A stretch of 62,592 nucleotides of DNA, from positions 1 to 62,592 of the forward strand of contig WRBW01000002.1 in assembly GCA_009784345.1 (NCBI GenBank). Direction: 5' to 3'. This stretch comes from Coriobacteriia bacterium (lineage in GTDB: Bacteria; Actinomycetota; Coriobacteriia; WRKU01; WQUG01). Below, piece after piece: positions 1-8,489 of this stretch (position 1 is its first letter; each line of letters starts with the position of its first letter). The notes under the pieces were generated by a model. The model was not told where the DNA came from. It made no database searches and was given only the letters and a program-made list of their open reading frames with translations. A program made the position numbers and the translations under genes.

Positions 1-1
1 C

Positions 2-2530
2 GGCCATATGGGTAGCGGTCCTGCCGGTGCAGCACTGCCCATGTTTATGCTTCTTGACACTGAGAATGCTACGCCCTTTACTGGTGACACCCTGCATGGA
101 TTTGGCAAATTCGGCACAGGTAACGGTGGCGAAAATGGGGGCATGCAGGTAGACAAGGGTGTATTGCAGGCTCTGGTAGAAGAAGCAGATCAAATCGATA
201 CCACCCTGTATACAGCAACAACTGCCAATAGATTAATTGTGGCGCTCAATGATGCTCGAAGCATTCTGTCAAATTCAGCCGCGACACAGTCTCAAGTTGA
301 CTCTGCAGAAAGTGCTCTTTTGGGTGCCATTGATGGTCTCATCTTGCTGCCGACAGAAGAGCTTCAGCCTGGGGAGACATACCTCATAAATATTGTGCCG
401 ACAATGTCAGACAATTCTGGAATCGTTTCCGGTTTGCTCGCGCCGCTCTACTACTCACAGGCTGTAGTCGAAGTGGGAGTAACGAGTAATACGGTGACTT
501 TCTTCCACAGCGAACACCCTGTCATCCCAAGCCCAGACGGTGACCTCCCTGCGGGACCTACAGATGTCTTTGGCTATCGTTATGATCCAAATCAAAGCCA
601 GGTGCGCCCACCGGCAGCAGTGATGCGCGCCGCAGGCGATATTTTGAGCACTGAAGAAGATGTAAGAGCTCTGACGGTTACATGGCCAAACCTGAGCCTA
701 CCTCTGTTCATGACGATAGATTTTGTTCCTGGAATGCCCACTGACTTTTTGCCCGCACCCACCTTTATGGTGCTGGATCAGAGTACGGCACAGCGCATGA
801 CTGTTCACCCTTTCCCTGAATTTATTGACGCTGGGGACAATGGGCAAACTCAGACTCCTGCAGACAAAACAGCATTGGTGGCCCTGATTGCACAGGCAGA
901 GGCGCGCAACCTTTCGCTCTACACAGTCATCACTGCTGACCGCGTGCATGCTGCACTAGGCATTGCACGATCGATTGCTGCAGATCCATCTGCCGAACAG
1001 CGCCAAGTCGATGATGCTCGCACAGCTTTGCAGGTCGCGCTCAACGGCCTGATGGAGCGCCCCACGGGTCAGCTTCAGGTTGGACGCAGCTATTTGATGA
1101 ATATTGTTCCGACAACCCAGGAAAACAATGGTGCTATTTCTCAACTTATTGCGCCACTGTACCATCAACAAGCAGTTGTCGTGGTGAATAGTATCGGTGC
1201 AAGAACTTCAGCAACCGTGACATTCTTTCACAGCAACACGCCCATCATCTCGAGCCCAGGTGGAAGCTTTAGATCGCCTGCAAGTGATGTGTTCGGTTAT
1301 GCATTTGATCCGACGCAAAGTCAAGTGCGCCCTCATCAGTCAGTGTTGCGTAGTGCTGGAGAAGTTCTCAACGCAGCAGGCAATGTTCGTGCCATAACTG
1401 TAAATTGGCCAGACATTAGTAGACCACTTTTTATGACTATTGATCGTGTGCCCGGCATGCCAGCGGAGCTGCTACCAGCACCCACCTTCATGGTTCTGAA
1501 CCCTGCAACGGCTCAACATATGACACAGCATCCTTTCCCGAGTCTTGATGGGGGAGGCTGGCAAGCAGGACTGCCTGGGTCGGTAGACAAAGCAGCGCTC
1601 CAAAACCTTGTCAACAGAGCAAGCAGGGTTAGAAGTGCAGACTTTACTACAGTAACTTTCAATGCTCTGAGAACTGAGCTTCAGAATGCTCGCCGCGTGC
1701 TTAATGACGGCACGGTCGAGCAGCGTCAAGTAAATGCAGCCCGCACTGCGCTGCAACGTGCCTATGATGGCCTGGTTCGCCGCTCTGCGAGTAATGCCAT
1801 CGATATAAACAATCTGCAAGACGGACGCTATACCGTTCGGGTAGACTTCTGGAATTCACTCCACAATCAAGCATCTATGGCAAATGGAGCGCTGAACAGC
1901 AGGGCAATCATTGATGTACGTAATGGACGCGCGACCATGTCGGTTGCAACAAATCCACTGAGCATCACAGGCATTGTTACTCACCTCGGCACTTTGCAAG
2001 TTAACGGTCGCAACGCGACGGTTGCTCAGCGCAACTTAACAGGTGGACGTCCCAGCCAGTTCAGCTTCCCGCTGCCCAATAGGAATACCTGGCAGCCCGT
2101 TAGGCTGTGGATGGATCCAGCAGTAGAGGTTATGCCGCTAGCTGGGCAAGGCATTTCAGCGAGACTGCGCATTAACTGGGATACTATTCAGCATGCTGGT
2201 GCCGGTGCAAGACTATCTGGAAGTACCGCAGTAGTAACAGCAACTTTGGCTGAGCTAGAGGATATCGAGCGTACGGCAGAAGAAACAGACGAGGTCCTAC
2301 AAGAACCCGTCCTGACAACTGAGGTCGAAGCCATCGATGCCGTCACGGGCGAAATCGACCGCAGCGACCTAGCCCGCGGCGAAGAAGCCGACATGCGCAA
2401 CGCCGGCATTCCTTGGTATGGCTGGACAGCCATCGGCCTTGGTATAATGGGCGCAGTCGCAGGGGCCTGGTTGTTCCTGAAGAAAAAAGCCCTTCGAGGA
2501 AAGGTCCAAAGTGAAGGTCCACAGAACTAA
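2..2530 (+). CDS. Modular cell-surface protein, 5-prime end cut by window edge; FIVAR-like helical segments plus three beta modules (the last NEAT-like); C-terminal TM anchor
   Basis: The frame is open to the window start and there is no signal peptide at the first Met. Residues PMFMLLDTENATPF match the tail of the internal repeat (PTFMVLDQSTAQ / PTFMVLNPATAQ), so the gene continues upstream. Two ~230-aa tandem modules start LQPGETYLINIVPT and LQVGRSYLMNIVPT. A third module starts LQDGRYTVRVDFWNSLHNQASMANGAL, which resembles a NEAT domain opening. The protein ends with an acidic linker, the hydrophobic helix WTAIGLGIMGAVAGAWLF and KKK. Confidence 0.55.
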   Translation, partial: GHMGSGPAGAALPMFMLLDTENATPFTGDTLHGFGKFGTGNGGENGGMQVDKGVLQALVEEADQIDTTLYTATTANRLIVALNDARSILSNSAATQSQVDSAESALLGAIDGLILLPTEELQPGETYLINIVPTMSDNSGIVSGLLAPLYYSQAVVEVGVTSNTVTFFHSEHPVIPSPDGDLPAGPTDVFGYRYDPNQSQVRPPAAVMRAAGDILSTEEDVRALTVTWPNLSLPLFMTIDFVPGMPTDFLPAPTFMVLDQSTAQRMTVHPFPEFIDAGDNGQTQTPADKTALVALIAQAEARNLSLYTVITADRVHAALGIARSIAADPSAEQRQVDDARTALQVALNGLMERPTGQLQVGRSYLMNIVPTTQENNGAISQLIAPLYHQQAVVVVNSIGARTSATVTFFHSNTPIISSPGGSFRSPASDVFGYAFDPTQSQVRPHQSVLRSAGEVLNAAGNVRAITVNWPDISRPLFMTIDRVPGMPAELLPAPTFMVLNPATAQHMTQHPFPSLDGGGWQAGLPGSVDKAALQNLVNRASRVRSADFTTVTFNALRTELQNARRVLNDGTVEQRQVNAARTALQRAYDGLVRRSASNAIDINNLQDGRYTVRVDFWNSLHNQASMANGALNSRAIIDVRNGRATMSVATNPLSITGIVTHLGTLQVNGRNATVAQRNLTGGRPSQFSFPLPNRNTWQPVRLWMDPAVEVMPLAGQGISARLRINWDTIQHAGAGARLSGSTAVVTATLAELEDIERTAEETDEVLQEPVLTTEVEAIDAVTGEIDRSDLARGEEADMRNAGIPWYGWTAIGLGIMGAVAGAWLFLKKKALRGKVQSEGPQN

Positions 2531-3215
2531 AACACGAACCCTCTTTTTCATATGCATGCTGCTGCTGGGAGCCTTAATGGCTCCCACGGCACTTGCAGGA
2601 GCCGCAGAAACCCAAGCCCTGCAGGCAGTGCCTTCATACGTCAACCCCATCACGGGGCAGATTGAAGATGAAGGCCAAAGCCCCGAGCTGGGTCAGGGCA
2701 TGAGCGAAAACCTGGTTTTGGCAACGCCGGCAAGCCTGCTGGTCGATGCTGAAGGCAGCATCTTTATCACCTTTCGCGTGGGTCTCGTTGCAGAATCACA
2801 AGACCTGATTGTCCAGCTGCTGAACGCGGACGGCACCGTTGACCGCACCCTGCCCTACAGCATCGTCGAAAACCACCCGGATGAAAACACGCAAGACATC
2901 CGCATCATGGTTCCCGACCGCGAGCCCACCTTGCGCATCTCGCTGGTGTCCATTCCCATGGGCCGCGAAGTGGTCTGCTTTGCTACCTTTGCCCCCGAAG
3001 GCGAGGCGGTGGAGGTGCCCATTGCTGAAATCGGTGGCGAAGTCGATGACACCGCCATTGTCATTCAAGAAGCAGGTGATGAGCACGCCGGTATTGCAGA
3101 AGAAGATCGCGACACAGCTCTGAACTTCCTAGCCTTTGCTGGTGGATTTCTGGTGCTGGCAGGTGCTGGGGCTGCGGTAGCTTTCCTTCGTAAAAAGAAG
3201 TCTGACGACGCCTAG
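2511..3215 (+). CDS. Small surface-anchored secreted protein, possible Shp-type heme-binding domain
   Basis: GTG start after GAGGAAAGG. Signal peptide LFFICMLLLGALMAPTALAGA. The segment SYVNPITGQIEDEGQSPELGQGMSENLV ... SIPMGRE recalls Shp-like domains with Met ligands. C-terminal TM helix plus RKKK. The family call is from memory only. Confidence 0.4.
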   Translation: MKVHRTKTRTLFFICMLLLGALMAPTALAGAAETQALQAVPSYVNPITGQIEDEGQSPELGQGMSENLVLATPASLLVDAEGSIFITFRVGLVAESQDLIVQLLNADGTVDRTLPYSIVENHPDENTQDIRIMVPDREPTLRISLVSIPMGREVVCFATFAPEGEAVEVPIAEIGGEVDDTAIVIQEAGDEHAGIAEEDRDTALNFLAFAGGFLVLAGAGAAVAFLRKKKSDDA

Positions 3216-3239
3216 GCGCACATCGTCATGTGAACCGCC

Positions 3240-4145
3240 ATGTTAAAAGGCTACCGAAATTTCATCCTTATCTGTTTGTCCAGCGCGCTTGCCTTTGCGG
3301 CAGGCGCGTTTGCAATCTCGCAGATGGTCGACCAGTATCCGCAGGGCACTGACGGTCCGCGCATCGTCACAGGTCATGAGCGTGTCGTTGCCACCTCACG
3401 CGCCATAGTCGAGATCATGGACCGCCTCAATGTCGACGTCATAGGCGTGCCCCAAACAGAGCTTGAAGCCTCTGATCGCTTCTACGGTGCGGTAAACATT
3501 GGCGGCTCGATGAATCCTGATATGGAAATCATCCGCTCGCTTTCATCTGACTGGGTCTTTGCGCCGCGCACGCTTGAGAGCTCACTGGGACCGCGCTTTG
3601 AAGCCGCACGCATCGATGTGGCCTTTCTTAATCTGCGCAGCATCGACCACATGTATGCTGCCATCGACGGGCTAGGACCGCTACTCATGCGCGAATCAGA
3701 AGCGGCAGAACTGGAAAAGGACCATCAGGCCTTTTTGAGCCAAACCCTCGAAGACTTCAACTTTGAGACGCCGCCACGCATCCTGATTCTCATGGGACTA
3801 CCTGGCTCCTATATGGTGGCGACAGAGAACTCCTACATTGGTTCATTGGTAGCGATGACCGGTGCCATCAATGTCTACGAAGGTGAATCAGGCGAGTTTT
3901 TGACTATCAACACCGAAGACATGCTGCAGCGTCAGCCAGATATTATCTTGCGCGCCGCGCACGCCCTGCCTGATGACATCATCGAAATGTTTGACAAAGA
4001 GTTCGCAGAAAACGACATTTGGCGTCACTTTAGCGCCGTGCAAGACGGACAGGTATTTGACCTTCCGCACGACCAGTTTGGTATGAGTGCAAATTTCGAA
4101 TACACGCGCGCGCTCGAAACCCTGCGTAGCATCTACGGCCAATAA
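3240..4145 (+). CDS. ABC substrate-binding protein, Peripla_BP_2 class (heme/siderophore/B12 type, IsdE/HtsA-like)
   Basis: N-terminal membrane anchor. Two-lobe layout typical of the class: VVATSRAIVEIMDRLNVDVIGVP..., PDMEIIRSLSSDWVF, PRILILMG, LQRQPDIIL. Confidence 0.6.
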   Translation: MLKGYRNFILICLSSALAFAAGAFAISQMVDQYPQGTDGPRIVTGHERVVATSRAIVEIMDRLNVDVIGVPQTELEASDRFYGAVNIGGSMNPDMEIIRSLSSDWVFAPRTLESSLGPRFEAARIDVAFLNLRSIDHMYAAIDGLGPLLMRESEAAELEKDHQAFLSQTLEDFNFETPPRILILMGLPGSYMVATENSYIGSLVAMTGAINVYEGESGEFLTINTEDMLQRQPDIILRAAHALPDDIIEMFDKEFAENDIWRHFSAVQDGQVFDLPHDQFGMSANFEYTRALETLRSIYGQ

Positions 4146-4155
4146 GCCTTATTGA

Positions 4156-6300
4156 CTACTGCGAGAGCGTTAGTTCGATGGACGCACTCACCCTAGAGAT
4201 CTTACGCGCGATAAAGACAAAGACCACTAGGGTCGTTGCCAGCATCGTGACAGTAATCGCAGCCAAAACCACCAGGTTGAAGTAGACTTGCGTGGGGTCG
4301 ATAATAATCATCAGGTAGGTCATTAGCACGCCCAGCACCAGCCCAAAAGCAAGGCCGGTGACCACATACAGCATGACTTGGGTTAGGATGACCTGCACGA
4401 TGCCGCCTTGGCTGATGGCGAGTGCGCGCAAGACGGCGTATTCCTTACGCTTCTGGTTGATGTGCGCGACCAGGGTATTAAACACCCCCACGACAGAGCA
4501 CAGCAGCAGCACACCCGTCACGACAATCACGAGCGACCACATTTGGAAAAAGGTCTGGTCAGAAGCGGCAACAGCTGCGCTATAGCTGCCTAGGCTGAGG
4601 TCGGGATAATGCGCCAGCACCTGGTTGAGGTGGCCCAGTATGCCCCCTTCATCTGACCCGCTGACATAGACCGCTTTCACGCTGGTGAGGTCTGTGTGCG
4701 TATCGAAAAAAGGATCCGCAGAGTTTGCTACCAGCCAAAAGTTGGGACCGTAGCCGGGGAAGTCACGCAGGATTTCTGCGATAGTAAAGTCTTGCTCATC
4801 AATGGCTGGCTCCTGATCTTCGGGGTAGTCATCAGACACGGGGGCGGCTAGGTCGCTTACCCGGATGGTCAGGGTGTCGCCAGGACGCAGGTCATAAAGG
4901 CTTGCCATTTTCCATGATATAACGAGATCATTGTGCACCAGTTTGAAGTCGCTTGCGAACTCTTCAAGCAGGCCCTGCGCCTGCATTTCAGCGAGGTCTG
5001 CAATCAGAAAGTCATCTGTCAGGTGGTCGTGTCCCTGCACAACATGTAAGATTTCTGTACGCGCGCTATCAAAGCCGGGAAAGAGGTTTTGTCTGACAAT
5101 ACTGGCATACTGCACTGCGGGGTCTGACAATAGATCGGCGCGCAGCTGTTCTGAGTCGATGCTGCTGTCATCACTTGCTGTGCGGCTCAGCACAAATTCA
5201 GTAGGAAAGTACTCTTTGAGATTTGTGTGCTCCCCGCGCCTGACGGTTTCTAAGAACGTTGTTCCAAAGACGGCGCTCATGATGACGGCACTGACCAGTA
5301 GTATCATGAGCGCACTCTTGCGGATCTGCGGGACCAGGTTCTTTACCGCCAGAAAAGAAGTCGTGCCGATGGCTTTGCGCAAAAGGGGTATCAGTGCTTC
5401 CAGCACGCGGGGCATGACAAAGGGTAGTAGCATAAAAAGGGCGGCAATAAGTAGTGGTGTCCCGACAAGCACCGTAAAGCTGTTGTCAGGTATGACGACT
5501 GCTCCTGCCACGGTTGCGTGGTCTGCCGTCAAGACATTATCGAGCAGACTCAAGGATATAAAGGACAGGCCAGCTAGAAGCAAGACTAGGATGGCAGCCT
5601 TTCTGCCACCGGTGGGCGGTCTGTCGGCATAGTGAGTCTTCGTTTGCACCTGCGCTTCAAGCGGCAAAGACAGTCCCATCCGAAGCACAGGATAAAGCAA
5701 GATAGCCTGAATAAAGATGATGCACAGCACTAAGACTTGTAGTAGCAGCCCTATATTGAGATCAAAGCTGCTGATGCCATAGATTGAAGAGAAAGAAAAA
5801 GCCTGTTCGAACCACAGGCGCGAGCTTCCAAAGACCGCTAAGGTCAGCAAGAGCCCTAGACTCGTACCAACTGCGGTAATGACTCCCGACTGTATGGCGC
5901 CAATGCGTGCCAACTGCTGGGCAGTGGCTCCAATAGAGCGCATGGCTGCATATTGCTTTTGGTTCTTTTTGTGCAGAATGTCAAAATTTGAAATAGCTAA
6001 CAGGCCACTGGTTAAAAGGGTCAAAGCAGACAGGGCTACGATGAAAGTTCGCAGGGGTTCGAGGTTGCGCTGGGCGTGCTCAAATTCTGCGGCTAGCTGT
6101 CCTGCCCTCACAGGGTCATGAAAGGCGACGCGGTCCTGTTCTGCGCGGATTTGTGCAATAGAAGTCTGCGTGTTGGCAAAAAGGTTTGCCATCGTCAAGA
6201 CCAGTGCAATCGACAGTGCCACGGTCAGAATTGATGATGCCGTCAGCAGTTTCTGTGCCCTGAAAAAGCGCAGGGCCACGCCACTGGTCGAAGCAATCAT
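4156..6300 (-). CDS. ABC transporter permease with duplicated FtsX-like domains (MacB/YbbP type)
   Basis: 714 aa with two blocks of multi-TM FtsX-like helices separated by a large soluble loop. Overlaps the upstream ATPase gene by 4 nt. Confidence 0.7.
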   Translation of the reverse strand: MIASTSGVALRFFRAQKLLTASSILTVALSIALVLTMANLFANTQTSIAQIRAEQDRVAFHDPVRAGQLAAEFEHAQRNLEPLRTFIVALSALTLLTSGLLAISNFDILHKKNQKQYAAMRSIGATAQQLARIGAIQSGVITAVGTSLGLLLTLAVFGSSRLWFEQAFSFSSIYGISSFDLNIGLLLQVLVLCIIFIQAILLYPVLRMGLSLPLEAQVQTKTHYADRPPTGGRKAAILVLLLAGLSFISLSLLDNVLTADHATVAGAVVIPDNSFTVLVGTPLLIAALFMLLPFVMPRVLEALIPLLRKAIGTTSFLAVKNLVPQIRKSALMILLVSAVIMSAVFGTTFLETVRRGEHTNLKEYFPTEFVLSRTASDDSSIDSEQLRADLLSDPAVQYASIVRQNLFPGFDSARTEILHVVQGHDHLTDDFLIADLAEMQAQGLLEEFASDFKLVHNDLVISWKMASLYDLRPGDTLTIRVSDLAAPVSDDYPEDQEPAIDEQDFTIAEILRDFPGYGPNFWLVANSADPFFDTHTDLTSVKAVYVSGSDEGGILGHLNQVLAHYPDLSLGSYSAAVAASDQTFFQMWSLVIVVTGVLLLCSVVGVFNTLVAHINQKRKEYAVLRALAISQGGIVQVILTQVMLYVVTGLAFGLVLGVLMTYLMIIIDPTQVYFNLVVLAAITVTMLATTLVVFVFIARKISRVSASIELTLSQ

Positions 6301-7055
6301 GCCGCACCTTCCAGCAGCTTCTTAAAGATACCCAGGATGTTTGCCATGTCATCAGCAGTCTTTGTGCAGACATACTGGTCAACAATGTGCCCGTCGTGAA
6401 AGAACAGGATGCGATCAGCGTAGGCTGCCACACCGGGGTCGTGGGTCACCATGATGATGCTCTGGTTCAGACGCTCCTTGGTAGCAACCAGCACCTTCAA
6501 AACATCCGTCGAGGTATTGTAGTCCAGATTACCCGTGGGCTCATCTGCCAAAATAATGGGCGGGTCTGCTATCAGGGCACGTCCAATGGCCACGCGCTGT
6601 TGCTGCCCACCTGACAGGTGGCTGGGCAGGTGGTCACGCCACTTCTTCAGCTTCAGAAAGCCCAGAGTCCAGTCCAACTGCTCCTTCATGCTGTCCGCGG
6701 TGTAGCCCTGCAAAATCAGCGGAAGGGCAATATTTTCTTCAGCCGTCAGGTCTTCAAGTAAATTGAAAGACTGAAAAACAAAGCCGATGTTGCGCGCCCG
6801 ATACTGGGTCGCATGGGGCTCGATAAACATCTGGGGGTCATGGACGCCCTCAACAAGGATTTCACCCGCATCAGGCTTATCAAGCGCTGCCAGTATATTG
6901 AGCAGCGTGCTCTTGCCAGACCCACTGGTGCCCATGATGGCAAGCATTTCGCCACGTTCAAGCTCGAAAGATACACCCTTCAGAGCCTCGACCTGCTGCT
7001 TTTCATCCACGTAGGTCTTGCTCAGATTTTGTACTGAAAGAAGCTTCTGTTCCAA
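6297..7055 (-). CDS. ABC transporter ATP-binding protein (MacB/LolD type)
   Basis: Walker [10 protein letters not shown], signature LSGGQQQR, Walker [10 protein letters not shown]-loop VTHD. Confidence 0.88.
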   Translation of the reverse strand: MEQKLLSVQNLSKTYVDEKQQVEALKGVSFELERGEMLAIMGTSGSGKSTLLNILAALDKPDAGEILVEGVHDPQMFIEPHATQYRARNIGFVFQSFNLLEDLTAEENIALPLILQGYTADSMKEQLDWTLGFLKLKKWRDHLPSHLSGGQQQRVAIGRALIADPPIILADEPTGNLDYNTSTDVLKVLVATKERLNQSIIMVTHDPGVAAYADRILFFHDGHIVDQYVCTKTADDMANILGIFKKLLEGAA

Positions 7056-7139
7056 GGTCGTGCCCTTCCTGTCCGCGAAGCTGGAATCAGCCTAACAGTG
7101 TAGCAAAGGGGTTTGAAGAAGAAGTGGAAGAAAAGAGCT

Positions 7140-7215
7140 TGGTGCCCCCTGGAGAATTCGAATCTCCGGCTCCATCCGGAGAGGATGGCGTCCTTGGCCG
7201 CTAGACTAAGGGGGC
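7140..7215 (-). tRNA. tRNA-Glu (anticodon CUC)
   Basis: Reverse complement folds as a cloverleaf: acceptor GCCCCCT/AGGGGGC, D arm GTCTAGCGGCCAAGGAC (typical of tRNA-Glu), anticodon stem CCATC/GATGG with loop CTCTCCG, T arm GGAGATTCGAATTCTCC, encoded CCA. Position 37 is C, which is unusual. Confidence 0.8.
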
Positions 7216-7260
7216 AATGAAGCTATAAAAAAACCACGACCTGCGTGGCAAGAGGGTTTC

Positions 7261-7336
7261 TGGTGGGCCGTGTAGGGCTCGAACCTACGACCAACGGATT
7301 AAAAGTCCGCGACTCTACCAACTGAGTTAACGGCCC
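7261..7336 (-). tRNA. tRNA-Lys (anticodon UUU)
   Basis: Reverse complement: GGGCCGT acceptor, anticodon stem GCGGA/TCCGT with loop CTTTTAA, T arm GTAGGTTCGAGCCCTAC, encoded CCA. Confidence 0.9.
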
Positions 7337-7368
7337 GTACCTTGCATGTGTGCACCACAAAAAGAAAG

Positions 7369-7445
7369 TGGCGGGAGTAACGGGACTTGAACCCGCGACC
7401 TCTGGCTTGACAGGCCAGCACTCTAACCAGCTGAGCTATACCCCC
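7369..7445 (-). tRNA. tRNA-Asp (anticodon GUC)
   Basis: Reverse complement: GGGGGTA acceptor (one G-U pair), D arm GCTCAGCTGGTTAGAGT, anticodon stem CTGGC/GCCAG with loop CTGTCAA, T arm GCGGGTTCAAGTCCCGT, encoded CCA. Confidence 0.9.
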
Positions 7446-7482
7446 ACACATACAAATGCTGCCACGAACACAGCGACTAGCT

Positions 7483-7511
7483 ATAATACCGACTTTTTCA
7501 GCCCTTGTCTA
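7483..7511 (-). promoter_or_regulatory. Candidate sigma-70-type promoter for the tRNA Asp-Lys-Glu cluster
   Basis: On the minus strand: TAGACA, a 17-nt spacer, then TATTAT, ending ~35 nt upstream of tRNA-Asp. Confidence 0.45.
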
Positions 7512-7550
7512 GTCCCTCGCACATGCACTTACATATTTTTTTAATTTTGC

Positions 7551-7599
7551 TTTCATGTCCTTTCATCTCGCTTTCATCTTTCTTTAAGCTTTCTTTCAT
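7551..7599. repeat. Helically phased TTTCAT repeats (4 copies)
   Basis: TTTCAT at 7551, 7561, 7572 and 7594 (spacings 10, 11, 22 nt), in the AT-rich spacer between the tRNA promoter and the Tad operon. Confidence 0.6.
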
Positions 7600-7709
7600 C
7601 TTCGCTTAAGACCGCGTAAAAGTCGCCCTGCTAGCCTACAGTACCAAGCCGCAGTTTCTGCCCGCTTTTCAATATCTGGCGGAGTGCGTCCACGAAAGGA
7701 AGGTTGCCC

Positions 7710-8489
7710 ATGACAGAGCGCAAGAGACTCATATTAGCCCTCGTATGTGGCCTCATGGCCGCAGCCTTTGCGGCTCTGTTCCTGTGGGCGCAGGCACAGT
7801 CTGCCGCCCAAGCACACGAAGAAATCATCGAAGGCTTCGAGGGTGGTGCTCGGCGCGTACTGGTCGCCCGCAATCGCATCGAGGCAGGCACCTTGTTAAG
7901 CAGACGCCTCTTTGATGAGCAGACCTGGCCTGGCATGTGTCTTGCTGAAGGGGCGGTGGCCGCTGAAGACTTCAGCTTAATTGATGGACAGCGATCGGCA
8001 AGTACCATTTTGGCGGGGGAGGCGCTGTCTCGCCTACGTGTCTTTGACCAAAAACTACCCCTTGATCTCTTGCCAGAGGGCATGGTGGCCGTATGCTTGC
8101 CTGCAGATGACGTGCATGCCCTGGGTGGTCAGATTCTGCGTGGAATGCAGCTGACCCTCATGGCGCCACTGTCTGATGGCAGGGTAGTCGAACTTGCTCG
8201 CGGTATTGAAGTGCTTTCAGCTAATACCTCTGCCGTCCAGATGGGTTCACAGATTGAAGGAGACATCTCCCAGGGCACAGATGATCAGCCAGCCTCTTTC
8301 TTGTCGGGCGCCGTTAGTACCAGCAGCGTCACGGCTAGTAAGGAGTCGCTTAATTGGGTCACCCTCGCCATTCCCTCCGCGCAAGTCGAGCAAGTATTGA
8401 CTGCCTCACGTGCGGGAACGATTCATTTTGTCTTAGCAAAAGATGCTGCTGATGGCAGCGCTACAGAAGGGTCTGAGCATCATGAATAG
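7710..8489 (+). CDS. cpaB: Flp pilus assembly protein CpaB/RcpC-like (SAF domain)
   Basis: ATG at 7710 follows GAAAGGAAGG (the ORF track starts at TTG 7704). N-terminal TM helix LILALVCGLMAAAFAALFLW, then a SAF-like segment RVLVARNRIEAGTLL. First gene of the Tad operon. Confidence 0.65.
   Translation: MTERKRLILALVCGLMAAAFAALFLWAQAQSAAQAHEEIIEGFEGGARRVLVARNRIEAGTLLSRRLFDEQTWPGMCLAEGAVAAEDFSLIDGQRSASTILAGEALSRLRVFDQKLPLDLLPEGMVAVCLPADDVHALGGQILRGMQLTLMAPLSDGRVVELARGIEVLSANTSAVQMGSQIEGDISQGTDDQPASFLSGAVSTSSVTASKESLNWVTLAIPSAQVEQVLTASRAGTIHFVLAKDAADGSATEGSEHHE

Noticed and set aside
4156-7055. Idea that the convergent FtsX/MacB-type ABC pair is an HrtAB-like heme efflux pump or the missing membrane component of the heme-like cluster
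   Set aside because: It rests on adjacency alone. HrtB-type permeases are single FtsX units of about half this size, and the pair is on the opposite strand in its own operon. It is kept as a generic MacB-type exporter.
7056-7703. Genomic-island boundary signals next to the tRNA cluster (integrase, a duplicated tRNA 3-prime end)
   Set aside because: No integrase or recombinase ORF is present, and I found no direct repeat of any tRNA 3-prime segment at the far end of the Tad operon (around 17.3 kb).
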